From sequence record OQ828465.1: DNA of 64,000 nt. The stretch is one strand, 5' to 3'. Of the stretch, positions 26,600 to 37,695 are shown in pieces. Under the pieces are notes generated by a model, which searched no databases, was not told where the DNA came from, and worked only from the letters and a program-made list of their open reading frames with translations. Position 1 is the stretch's first letter. Every line of letters starts with the position of its first letter. The translations under genes were made by a program, and so were the position numbers.

Positions 26600-27874
26600 T
26601 TATTTTGTTTTTGTATAGTAATTCTTAGTCATAGCACGTAGAATTAAATACAACATCAACCCAGTCCTAGTTGCTGCGATATATGCAGGTACCCTAGAAT
26701 TAGTCGCATCCCTAACTAACTTCTCACCTTCTTCACGCATGAAAATAACTTGAGCATTTTCTGTTTTAGATGCCATTATCTTTGCTCGTATTTTTACAAG
26801 CAATGTTTGTAGATCATTATTTCTAGCAACCATTGTACGGAGTGATTGCATATAATCGAAAGCATACAATAAGCACTCATCTACGAGTTTCTCAAGCTTT
26901 TGTGCCCTAGGTTGACCGATGTTACGGGAAAGGTGTCTAAGTGTCGCCATGAACATTTCTGGTGGCATTGTGGGCATTATCTTTTCAATAATACCGACTA
27001 ACTCAGGTCTAATGAAATTTTGTTCTTGTTGCGCAACTTGATGGATATAAGTAAGATATGAGCGATACCCAGTAGACTTATCGCGTAGAATCTGCTCACC
27101 ATCAGAATTAATAGCCATGTCTGATGAAATAACTAATTTACCACCTGATTGCAGTGTTCTGATATAAACATCATAGTACTTGTTGATTAATTCACGTAGA
27201 CGTGTTTGAGTATCAGATACTACACGACCAGACCAATAATCCAGTTCTTGTGTTTTACCAGTTAAGAAAGGTGCATAAATAGAATCAGGTGCAATGATAC
27301 CTTCAGCCCGTTGCCTAAATAGTTTCTCCCATGACCCAATTGTCTTAATGTCAAATCGATAATTGAGTGCGGCGAATGCAGCTTCGGCTACTTCTTTACG
27401 TGCAGGATATTTAAAGCGTGGTACAAGTAAAGATGTTAGATATTTAAAATGCAACACCATGAAACAACTAACCATTGCTTCATGTCTAATATTCAAAGGA
27501 ACATTAGTTGTTTTTAAAAGCCTAGAACAAATATAGGCAGGAAGATGATTGAATACATCTGACATTACACGATGGTTAGGGTCAATGAATTCAACTGACT
27601 TAAAATCTTGGACTAACAGCGCTTCATCAATTCGTAAAACATCATCATACCAAATCTCACGATCCGTATCGAAGAATTTAACTTGTTGTACACCTAGTAA
27701 TACACCACCAAAGAAAGCAGAGTGATCAGCATTCCTATTCATAAAACTGATAGTAAAGTCAATAATTCTTTTACATAAATCGCGATCAAATTGAACATCC
27801 TTAAAATTTCTATCAAGGACTTCTTTAATAGTTGCCATTGGGAAAACCTCCTGGAGAATCAAATCATAAGTCAT
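26600..27874 (-). CDS. Conserved virion structural protein (gp32-like)
   Basis: 424 aa; conserved jumbo-phage core motif HSAFFGGVLLGVQ. Confidence 0.7.
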   Translation of the reverse strand: MTYDLILQEVFPMATIKEVLDRNFKDVQFDRDLCKRIIDFTISFMNRNADHSAFFGGVLLGVQQVKFFDTDREIWYDDVLRIDEALLVQDFKSVEFIDPNHRVMSDVFNHLPAYICSRLLKTTNVPLNIRHEAMVSCFMVLHFKYLTSLLVPRFKYPARKEVAEAAFAALNYRFDIKTIGSWEKLFRQRAEGIIAPDSIYAPFLTGKTQELDYWSGRVVSDTQTRLRELINKYYDVYIRTLQSGGKLVISSDMAINSDGEQILRDKSTGYRSYLTYIHQVAQQEQNFIRPELVGIIEKIMPTMPPEMFMATLRHLSRNIGQPRAQKLEKLVDECLLYAFDYMQSLRTMVARNNDLQTLLVKIRAKIMASKTENAQVIFMREEGEKLVRDATNSRVPAYIAATRTGLMLYLILRAMTKNYYTKTK

Positions 27875-27928
27875 AAAAGTACTTATGTTATTTATTCCAT
27901 GTAATTACATAAATTAGAGGATAATAAA

Positions 27929-28798
27929 ATGGTTTATAAAATGATTAGTTTATTAAACCTAGCTAACCCTAGTTTAATTCAGCAATTAAGTCAATCGGTA
28001 TCTAATGAAAAAGATCTAGAAAATCTTAGAACTAGTGGTTGGCTAAAAGATGATCTTAACAATAATGTGTTTTTCATTTATTCTAAAACATCTTCTGATA
28101 TTCTAGCTAGTCTAAGGATTAATTTAACTATTGACCCATGGATAGATAGTGATAATCCCTATCAGAAACTAGATGTTGGTCAAGTTAGTCGATACATGAC
28201 AACTGCACTTGCTTGTACTAATAATGATTATGAAGTTAATGTTATTAAAACTATTTCTAAACTATTATTATCGTTTATTAATAATCAGATATGTTCAGTT
28301 AATAATATTAAGTTTAACAATAGTGGTAATGAAACTCAACTATCAGTTGGATTAATACATAACTCTTATACCCTGGACATAGATTTAAATATTGGAATGA
28401 AATCATTTATTGATAATAAAACTATTATTGATAAATATAAATTATTTGAAACATCGTTGAGTAAAACTAAGAGTGAATTTAATTTTTCTATAGTCACTAA
28501 TGACAAAGTTAATAAAGTTGCATCCATATACAAGACCGCATCTACATGTGAATATGATGATGCAATTCTATTTAACAAAGATTCGCTAGTAAGTATAAAA
28601 CCATTTATTGATGGTCATTCACTTATTACTACTGATCTTATTGAATCACTTATCAAAGAAATTCAAAATAAAGAAACTAAAAAATTAAAGTTAATCAAAG
28701 TTATGTGTTCCAACCATTATCAGAGAACTCATGGAGATTTAATCACAATTGTCTTATGCAGCCCTGTTAATATTTGGTCCATAACTATCTATGTATAG
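27929..28798 (+). CDS. Hypothetical protein (gp33-like)
   Basis: 289 aa, GAGGA RBS. Confidence 0.8.
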   Translation: MVYKMISLLNLANPSLIQQLSQSVSNEKDLENLRTSGWLKDDLNNNVFFIYSKTSSDILASLRINLTIDPWIDSDNPYQKLDVGQVSRYMTTALACTNNDYEVNVIKTISKLLLSFINNQICSVNNIKFNNSGNETQLSVGLIHNSYTLDIDLNIGMKSFIDNKTIIDKYKLFETSLSKTKSEFNFSIVTNDKVNKVASIYKTASTCEYDDAILFNKDSLVSIKPFIDGHSLITTDLIESLIKEIQNKETKKLKLIKVMCSNHYQRTHGDLITIVLCSPVNIWSITIYV

Positions 28799-28805
28799 GT
28801 AACAT

Positions 28806-29009
28806 ATGGATTTAAATCCTCATGACATCGATAATCAAGCAATATTTAATTATTTAGAAATGTTGCCATCTACTTTTAAGATAACTGAATCTACTTTTGT
28901 TGCTGCTGATTTTGATAGTAATGGCGATGTCATCATACAACTAGAGCAATCATTAATTTATACTGGTTGCCCTTTATCTAAATTTAATGCGTGTTTTAAC
29001 ACTATGTAA
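28806..29009 (+). CDS. Small hypothetical protein
   Basis: 67 aa, AGGT RBS, followed by terminator 29017-29038. Confidence 0.6.
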   Translation: MDLNPHDIDNQAIFNYLEMLPSTFKITESTFVAADFDSNGDVIIQLEQSLIYTGCPLSKFNACFNTM

Positions 29010-29095
29010 ATATAATGCCCTCTCCTTATGGAGAGGGCTTATGATGTATTTTCTCTTTTATCATCTGTAGTACAATAACTCAAATATAATTGTAG

Positions 29096-29875
<780 letters not shown>

Positions 29876-29884
29876 GGTACAACC

Positions 29885-30700
29885 ATGGCTAAACGAAAAG
29901 CTCGCGCAGTAAGTGCACCGGTAACATTATCAGAAATTAGTGAAATCCCTAATGAAGTAACTAATGCAGAGGATAGTGTCAATGAACTTGAAACCACTCC
30001 TACTGAAATTGTTTCTACTGAATCAAGTGAAAATGAAAATACCACTGCCGATTCAGAAAACACAGCCACAACTGACTCGACAACAGATGAAGAATCAGAA
30101 GACACGTCTTCTACTGAAGCAAATGGAGATGGGGAATCAGAAGAGCCCGATCTATCGGAGAATCAGGAAGATCCGAAGGAGCCTATAGAAACGCCTGAGG
30201 AGCCCGTTGAAGATGATGATGGTTCAAGTGACCCTGATGGTGGCACATCTGAAGAAAAGCCAACAGAAGGCGATCCAGAGGATCCTGAAGAGCCTACTGA
30301 ACCTACTGGCCCTGAAGAACCCACTGATCCAATTGATCCGGTGGAACCGCCGCCTGAAGAACCTAAAGCATTCCAATTAAACCTAGCTACAGTGAAATCA
30401 CAGTTTGGTGATTTACCAACGTATTGGGCTATTGAGTTAATTAAACGTTATTTCAGTGCGCCACCTGGTATCTATATCCCAGATGTAGTCGATAACCCTG
30501 ATTTCAAAATAATGGTTCAACAAGTGAAATTCTTTGGTAATGGTCTACGTCCGATATATAACTCTAAGAACATGATTACTTTCACCACTATGTTAGAAGG
30601 TGCAAGTGAAGCAACAATCTTAGAGGATATGAAGAAACAACAACCGGCACTACTAAGTTTATTACCTTGGTATGATCCAAACGCTGAAATAGATAAATGA
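29885..30700 (+). CDS. Acidic Glu/Pro/Thr-rich virion protein (gp35-like capsid decoration)
   Basis: Long E/D/P/T low-complexity region then ~110-aa globular C-terminus; synteny. Confidence 0.6.
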   Translation: MAKRKARAVSAPVTLSEISEIPNEVTNAEDSVNELETTPTEIVSTESSENENTTADSENTATTDSTTDEESEDTSSTEANGDGESEEPDLSENQEDPKEPIETPEEPVEDDDGSSDPDGGTSEEKPTEGDPEDPEEPTEPTGPEEPTDPIDPVEPPPEEPKAFQLNLATVKSQFGDLPTYWAIELIKRYFSAPPGIYIPDVVDNPDFKIMVQQVKFFGNGLRPIYNSKNMITFTTMLEGASEATILEDMKKQQPALLSLLPWYDPNAEIDK

Positions 30701-30730
30701 ACATATCGCCTCCCCTAGGGGAGGCTTTAT
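30701..30730 (+). terminator. Intrinsic terminator, CATA...TATG family
   Basis: CATATC-GCCTCCC-CTAG-GGGAGGC-TTTATG; same as 24879-24908 except loop. Confidence 0.85.
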
Positions 30731-30748
30731 GCTGAGTTAAAAAAAGTT

Positions 30749-30763
30749 TAAGATCTATATTAC
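30749..30763 (+). promoter_or_regulatory. Early promoter
   Basis: AAGATCTATATTAC. Confidence 0.75.
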
Positions 30764-30803
30764 TAATTTGCAATAATAAACAATATTCAAATAGGTATCT
30801 ATA

Positions 30804-31619
30804 ATGACTGAATCAACTACTTTTAGTTTTACCCCTAATCCACATCTAAAAGAAATATACGATAATTTTAAAAATAAATATCCTAAAAACAGTGTAATCT
30901 ACGGTTGGATAAATAAAGAAAATAATAAATGGGGAATTACCGGTAATACGAAATATAATTCAATTACCGGTACTGGCCATAATGTTCAATACATTAATCA
31001 TCTAATTTCTAGACTACTAGAAGAAGAACAACATTTTGAGAATACACGTATTGAAAGAGCATGGCTTAATTTAATTGAGTCATATGAAGACAGTTATAAA
31101 AGCGATGTATCTCACTATACTAATCTGCCATTAAAAGCCACCTTACCAATTGGTAAGCTCAATGTATTTCAAATCGGAAGAGCACACTCAGATGAACTAG
31201 GTATGATTACACTAAAATCTGCCAATGTATCAGAAATCATTATTGAGTCTAAATCAGCTCTTGATGAAGCTCTTAATTCTATTGATTGCATTATTCATGA
31301 AAACATTAAAACTGATTTTAAAGTACTCATGCATGAATTTTATAAAAATGAACCATATAGGCCTGATTGGTTAAAAGAAAATGGTACATGCAAATTTATT
31401 CAATCAACCTTTAACATTGGTTCATCATTTGATTTAATTTACTATGGATGGAAGTGGGAAGGTGTAACCAGAATTAAAACAAGTGATCGAGATGCAGCTG
31501 ATATGCTGTATTCTGGTATTATTATTAATACATCAAAATTAGTTAATGATCCAGATAATGAACCGTTATTTGAACAATTAGTTAATGTATGTGAAGTATC
31601 AACTGCTAAAGTAAAATAA
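30804..31619 (+). CDS. Hypothetical early protein (gp36-like)
   Basis: 271 aa behind early promoter. Confidence 0.8.
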   Translation: MTESTTFSFTPNPHLKEIYDNFKNKYPKNSVIYGWINKENNKWGITGNTKYNSITGTGHNVQYINHLISRLLEEEQHFENTRIERAWLNLIESYEDSYKSDVSHYTNLPLKATLPIGKLNVFQIGRAHSDELGMITLKSANVSEIIIESKSALDEALNSIDCIIHENIKTDFKVLMHEFYKNEPYRPDWLKENGTCKFIQSTFNIGSSFDLIYYGWKWEGVTRIKTSDRDAADMLYSGIIINTSKLVNDPDNEPLFEQLVNVCEVSTAKVK

Positions 31620-31655
31620 GTGTATTATTTTTAATAAATGAAGAGGTTAGAAAAA

Positions 31656-32477
31656 ATGACTCAATTTAACATCACCTGGGAAGAACAACTCCAAGCCCTA
31701 TCTAAGCTAGATGGTTTACATCATCCACATAAATTAGAGGATATCTCCGTTCATTGGGTATTTAATCCAGTAGATATTTCAGTTTTTGTTACATGTGCGA
31801 CCATGAGTAGTCATAACACCCACTATACTTTTAAACCGCAGTCAAGTCCAGATGATGCCATGGTGCGAGAATATGTACTATCTCGCATTATTGCCGATAA
31901 TCTGAAATATGTTGATAATTTATATCTAGCGGCTGGTGCCGTTATTTGCGGTAATGACGAATACATTAGTGATGGTAATGTGATTGGAATTCATATCGCT
32001 GACGGCGTAGGAGGTAACAAGCTTATTCTACCAGTCATTGAATTTATGCCAGGCGTTCATGTTGATGATATCAGTGATGAACTAATCGAGTCGTCATCTT
32101 ATCAAGGTATTTTCAAAACAGATAACCTTGAAGAGTTTGAATTCCTTGTTGATAAGAAGAATGCAATTAATGTAAAAGAATTAATTCTAGCCCATACTGA
32201 TTATTTCGCTAATAAGCTGGCCTTTAAAGATCCAGCTGAACCAGCTGTAGAAATGTATCAGTTTATTGATCGGACTGAAGTATATTTTAGTTTCGAAGGA
32301 TGTCATTCAGATGTTGAAGAAGTTCTATTTACTATTAAGATCACACGTTATAATCAACCGCTCAATTCAACCGCGATGCAAGTATTTTTGAAAAACCCGC
32401 TATTACCGCACATCCGGACCATCGTCCGGCAGGCCAATCCGACGCAACGGACGCGCGGTGTACTATTTAATTTTTGA
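31656..32477 (+). CDS. dip: Dip, RNA degradosome (RNase E) interacting/inhibiting protein (gp37)
   Basis: MTQFNITWEEQLQALSKLDGLHHPHKLEDISVHWVFNP matches recalled phiKZ Dip; two genes before PhuZ. Confidence 0.85.
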   Translation: MTQFNITWEEQLQALSKLDGLHHPHKLEDISVHWVFNPVDISVFVTCATMSSHNTHYTFKPQSSPDDAMVREYVLSRIIADNLKYVDNLYLAAGAVICGNDEYISDGNVIGIHIADGVGGNKLILPVIEFMPGVHVDDISDELIESSSYQGIFKTDNLEEFEFLVDKKNAINVKELILAHTDYFANKLAFKDPAEPAVEMYQFIDRTEVYFSFEGCHSDVEEVLFTIKITRYNQPLNSTAMQVFLKNPLLPHIRTIVRQANPTQRTRGVLFNF

Positions 32478-32724
32478 GAAATTCATTACTTTAATAGACT
32501 GTATTTCTCTTATTTATCTCTTTTCTTCTAAAAAGAAAATTATATAAATAGTATATTATGTGGGGGGGACCCTTTGGGGGGGTCCCATATAATATTCCTT
32601 ATTATTAGAGAAGGGGTATAACCCATCCTTAGTTCGAGAATCTATTACTTTTAGTAATAAGGGATTGGCTATAAAAAGCCAATACCGTTTAATTTGAAAA
32701 TAGAAAAATTGGAAAAAATGAAAA

Positions 32725-33237
32725 ATGACTGAACAGAAAGATTACACTCTAGTACGTACTCCACTAACTCATGATGAACTAAAGAAAGCATTTAAAGAAG
32801 ATAACATTCATGCATCTGATGTTCAACTAGATAGGTTAGTTAAGTTATCTGAAGAAGTATGCAGTGTTAAAGGTAATTATAACATTCGTCCTTTAGCTAA
32901 CTCAAAAGGAATGGTATTTGAATTCACCAACAAAGATGGTGAGATCATTGCATTAATTCCTTTTGATATTTCTAAAGAACGTAAAAATGCCAAAATCCCA
33001 AAAACGAAATGGCTTACTGAACTTCTAAGTATCTACCGTTATAAAGTCAGTAAGATTGAAGTTAAGAATGTACTAAACATGATTATTGATTGTGTTAAGT
33101 CAGGTGGCACTTGGCAAACCTATATGTGTCGAGATAAGCTTGCAATTGAATTTAAATCAGATATTGGTAAAGTGGTTAATGAATTAATTGTTCATCAAGA
33201 ACGAACTCATGAAGAGATCGTTACTTTTAAGCACTAA
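32725..33237 (+). CDS. Hypothetical protein (gp38-like)
   Basis: 170 aa before phuZ. Confidence 0.8.
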   Translation: MTEQKDYTLVRTPLTHDELKKAFKEDNIHASDVQLDRLVKLSEEVCSVKGNYNIRPLANSKGMVFEFTNKDGEIIALIPFDISKERKNAKIPKTKWLTELLSIYRYKVSKIEVKNVLNMIIDCVKSGGTWQTYMCRDKLAIEFKSDIGKVVNELIVHQERTHEEIVTFKH

Positions 33238-33287
33238 TACCATTTACAAGTTGGTATATGAATTTATATTAAACACAATGAGGTGTA

Positions 33288-34271
33288 ATGATGTCTAAAG
33301 TAAAAACTCGAATTTACTTTTGTGGTGGTGCTGGTTTCCGTATTGGTGAACTATTCCATGGCTATCATGAGGATGTTTGCTACATTGATACCAGTGTACA
33401 AAATAAACACAAACATAATACTGATGATAATACGATCATTATTGAAGCAGACACCAAGCTAGCTGACCAGACTGCACGTAAACGTGCTATCGGTATGGGT
33501 AAAGATCGTAAGGCAGCCGCAGAACTAATCTCCGCGCATATTCCTGCCATTGCCCATCATTTCCCAGCAGGGGATACTAACATCGTAGTGTACTCAATGG
33601 GTGGTGCATCTGGTTCAACTATTGGTCCTTCTCTTGTTAGTCATCTACAACAACAAGGCGAGGTAGTTGTAAGTGTGGTCATTGGATCTTACGACAGTGA
33701 TATTAGTCTTCGAAATAGCAGTGGTAGCCTTAAGACTTTTGAAGGGGTTTCCTCTGTCAGTAAAGTTCCGATGATTATTAACTATCATGAGAATGTTGAA
33801 GGTGTACCGCAGTCAATGGTGAACCAAAACATTCTTGAAGTACTAAATGCACTAGTAATTCTATTTAATCAAGAACACCAAAGTCTTGATCTAATGGATA
33901 TCACTAACTGGGCACACTTCCATAAACACCATGATGTACCTGTACAGACTGTGCAATTACACGTGTGTTTCGATCGTCAAGAAGCTCAGGCTATTCTGGA
34001 TCCAATTTCTATTGCTTCACTATACACTGATCCTGATCGTGACGTATCTATTAGTACAGTTCTAACTCGTACTACTGGTTATGCTGATCCTGAAAAATAT
34101 GATTTCGATCAAATGCATTTTGTGATCAATGGCCTATCTATTGAAGATATTCGTAAACGATTAGAAGAACGTCGTGAAATGATGAATCGAGCCAAAGCTA
34201 ATATGCGTAAGCGTCAGTCTACTTTAGATGTGGATGACCAAGCAACTAGTAGTGGTCTTGTATTCGATTAA
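33288..34271 (+). CDS. phuZ: PhuZ phage tubulin (gp39)
   Basis: YFCGGAG, IDTS, G-box SMGGASGSTIG, acidic C-terminal DDQATSSGLVFD. Confidence 0.95.
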   Translation: MMSKVKTRIYFCGGAGFRIGELFHGYHEDVCYIDTSVQNKHKHNTDDNTIIIEADTKLADQTARKRAIGMGKDRKAAAELISAHIPAIAHHFPAGDTNIVVYSMGGASGSTIGPSLVSHLQQQGEVVVSVVIGSYDSDISLRNSSGSLKTFEGVSSVSKVPMIINYHENVEGVPQSMVNQNILEVLNALVILFNQEHQSLDLMDITNWAHFHKHHDVPVQTVQLHVCFDRQEAQAILDPISIASLYTDPDRDVSISTVLTRTTGYADPEKYDFDQMHFVINGLSIEDIRKRLEERREMMNRAKANMRKRQSTLDVDDQATSSGLVFD

Positions 34272-34279
34272 CTTATACT

Positions 34280-34310
34280 GGAGCCCTTCGGGGCTCCTTT
34301 TATTTTTTTT
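34280..34310 (+). terminator. Intrinsic terminator
   Basis: GGAGCCC-TTCG-GGCTCC followed by T-tract. Confidence 0.85.
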
Positions 34311-34325
34311 GTAACGAGGTGTAAT

Positions 34326-34808
34326 ATGAAACCAGTAAATACAGTTACTTATATTCCTTTGCATGTAGCTGAATCATTTTATTCCCCTAGAAATATGATC
34401 TGTCTACTGGAGAAAGGTAGAGTCCCACTTTATTCAGCAAAACATCTTAATTATTTACGTATCAATGTTGATGACATTGAGGATTATGTTGATTCTTCTT
34501 ATGATCTATTTGATCATCGGCATGCACAACGTATTATTTCCTTCTGTGAAGCTCTTGGTAAGGGTCAACACCTATTCGTACACTGTGAGGCAGGTATTAG
34601 CCGATCGGCTGCTGTAGCTAAGTTTCTGTGCGATAAAATGGGATTCATTCATGTACCGCATAATCCATCTTTATTTAATTTTGATGGTTACAATGGTCAC
34701 ATTTATGGAGTTCTATGTAATGCTAAAGCAGGGAAGCTTTATTATGACGATAGAGCCGATGGTATTTTTATGGGTAAAGTAAATCAGAATTTTGCAGATA
34801 TTAAATAA
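34326..34808 (+). CDS. Cys-based (PTP/dual-specificity) phosphatase
   Basis: P-loop VHCEAGISRSAAV (HCX5R). Confidence 0.85.
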   Translation: MKPVNTVTYIPLHVAESFYSPRNMICLLEKGRVPLYSAKHLNYLRINVDDIEDYVDSSYDLFDHRHAQRIISFCEALGKGQHLFVHCEAGISRSAAVAKFLCDKMGFIHVPHNPSLFNFDGYNGHIYGVLCNAKAGKLYYDDRADGIFMGKVNQNFADIK

Positions 34809-34847
34809 CTAGCGATAATTAATAATCTGTATATTAGGAGATAACCG

Positions 34848-35321
34848 ATGGCAAAGAACACTGCTAAAAAGCTCGACGAGCAAATGGCAGCTGAACTTGA
34901 TCTGACGTTATCTCCGTTTACTATGGTTCTGAAACACGTAGTTCGTCTCCCCAACATAGTTGAGGGATTTATCTTTGTAATGGTTAAGGATGGAATTATT
35001 AGCTATGACCGGGTAGACAAATGGGCTGAAGTAAACGGGATGCGTTTGCGAGTTCCTCGTTTCAAATCGCATTCGGTTATTGAGAAGCGGTTAAACGATA
35101 AGCTGTATAGGCGTTGGTATGTTTGGGGGAATGGTATTTTATATCCATTGCAAACATCCAAGGTTGAAGATTTAAAAGATAATTTCTATTTCAAGATTGA
35201 CAGTAACCCCCACTGTTGTACCATCCACATTCCAAATATTGATGCAGATAGTATACGAAATAATACATTACCATTTTTCGAAAGAGTCCACCCTGGATGG
35301 GGTGTTATATTAACTGATTGA
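34848..35321 (+). CDS. Hypothetical protein
   Basis: 157 aa, AGGAG RBS. Confidence 0.8.
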   Translation: MAKNTAKKLDEQMAAELDLTLSPFTMVLKHVVRLPNIVEGFIFVMVKDGIISYDRVDKWAEVNGMRLRVPRFKSHSVIEKRLNDKLYRRWYVWGNGILYPLQTSKVEDLKDNFYFKIDSNPHCCTIHIPNIDADSIRNNTLPFFERVHPGWGVILTD

Positions 35322-35650
35322 GATTTACGTATATGCTATTATTGATTGATTATCCTGAGGTTAAGGAACTGGCAGATTATGTAATGTCTGAATTTGAACA
35401 ATATCCTAAATTAGTTAGTGGTTCTATTCTTACACTTGAGCACCACACTAAAGGATCATTTGATTTTATCTGGAGATATGACGGGTGTATTGATATTAGA
35501 TATAAAAATCATATCTGTGGGACTATTACATTTATGGGTTCATATCCAACTTATTTAACTTATAAAAATGTTATTACCATTAATGTCCGAGATATGATTA
35601 GTTCATTAACAGATATCGAGAAATCATTATGTCAACAGTTGCTCAGTTAA
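35318..35650 (+). CDS. Hypothetical protein
   Basis: 110 aa, TTG start overlapping upstream stop. Confidence 0.6.
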   Translation: MRFTYMLLLIDYPEVKELADYVMSEFEQYPKLVSGSILTLEHHTKGSFDFIWRYDGCIDIRYKNHICGTITFMGSYPTYLTYKNVITINVRDMISSLTDIEKSLCQQLLS

Positions 35651-35916
35651 GTATTTATGTAAAACAGTTTGTTCGTCTTAATCTTAAAGATGAGGATGTT
35701 ATTTTAACTGATGGCGAGAAATGGAATATTTTTGTTTTAAATAAAAATAAACTATTGATTCGTGATAGTGATCGAATAGTGGTTACAACTATCGATTATG
35801 ATTCATTCGGTAAGATTATTAAGATTGATCATTCTGATTTTGTCAATAGCTCCATGGCAACCGATAAGGCGTATGAGGTATTGAAAACATATATAGCCCA
35901 TCGCTATGGGGTTTAA
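35629..35916 (+). CDS. Hypothetical protein
   Basis: 95 aa. Confidence 0.65.
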   Translation: MSTVAQLSIYVKQFVRLNLKDEDVILTDGEKWNIFVLNKNKLLIRDSDRIVVTTIDYDSFGKIIKIDHSDFVNSSMATDKAYEVLKTYIAHRYGV

Positions 35917-35983
35917 TAAATATTTAAATACATTTAAAGGCTATATTACAAACATGATAATAATCCATGTTAAAGGAATAATC

Positions 35984-36211
35984 ATGAATAGCCTTGCATA
36001 TAAAACAACTGTTGTATTCGGTAAGACATATCGCGTAACAGGTAACAAAGCATTTATATCCATTCTAGATTCACGTGGTAATATTTGCTTTGAATTAAAT
36101 ATCGTTGAAAAGAAAGCATGTCAACCGTGTAATAACTTTAGACGGTATTGTTCAGGTATTGGTATTGCACCTGGTGACCTCATCAAAAAGATTCTCAACA
36201 GTGTTAATTGA
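35984..36211 (+). CDS. Small hypothetical protein
   Basis: TATATTAC at 35942-35949 and AAGGA RBS favour ATG 35984 over track start 35906. Confidence 0.55.
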   Translation: MNSLAYKTTVVFGKTYRVTGNKAFISILDSRGNICFELNIVEKKACQPCNNFRRYCSGIGIAPGDLIKKILNSVN

Positions 36212-36268
36212 TGATGGGTTATACCAGTATGTTTTTAAATATGGTGTTATTTAGATATTATCTTAATG

Positions 36269-36302
36269 GCATAAGCCCTCCCATTACGGGAGGGCATTAT
36301 GT
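36269..36302. terminator. Terminator at convergent junction, CATA...TATG family
   Basis: Near-identical to 26566-26599; GTAA loop on - strand. Confidence 0.85.
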
Positions 36303-36316
36303 CTTTTTTTTATTTT

Positions 36317-37126
<810 letters not shown>

Positions 37127-37253
37127 CTATAATGCGCTGTACGCGTTTTTTCGATGGAGATAATACCCAACTAAGGTATAATATACATCGGCTTACCACG
37201 AACAGATTTGACTAAAAATATTTTTAGATCTATATCATGTTCCTGAACATTTA

Positions 37254-37682
37254 ATGAGAGATTGTACTGTGACTACTCCCCAAGTAGCTGACCTGTATGT
37301 AATAGATGTAACGAGGGTGATAGCCAAGTTAGTACCAAGATCGCCAAAAGAGCTAATAAATACGCGTTTAGCAATTAGGTGCCAAAGCTTTGGAATACAT
37401 CCAGATGACTATGGTACATTAGAGCATATATTTAAATCAGTAGAGGATAGTTTAATTGATGACTTCTTTAAATACTCTATTGACTCTTTTGAATTCATGT
37501 ATACTACTGGATATAGCCCAATAAATAACACCCCTCAGGAAATCCAATGGTTTCATGATAATCATGAAGCCGCATCTGATCTTTGGGATATATTAAAAAT
37601 TATACCTAGAGTAAATGCAGGTAAGTTTGTAATATTCTATCGATTAAAGAACACAGTTTGGATCGCCATTCCAAAAAATTAA
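37254..37682 (+). CDS. Hypothetical protein
   Basis: 142 aa behind AGATCTATATCAT promoter (37226-37238). Confidence 0.7.
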   Translation: MRDCTVTTPQVADLYVIDVTRVIAKLVPRSPKELINTRLAIRCQSFGIHPDDYGTLEHIFKSVEDSLIDDFFKYSIDSFEFMYTTGYSPINNTPQEIQWFHDNHEAASDLWDILKIIPRVNAGKFVIFYRLKNTVWIAIPKN

Positions 37683-37695
37683 TTGGAGAAATATA

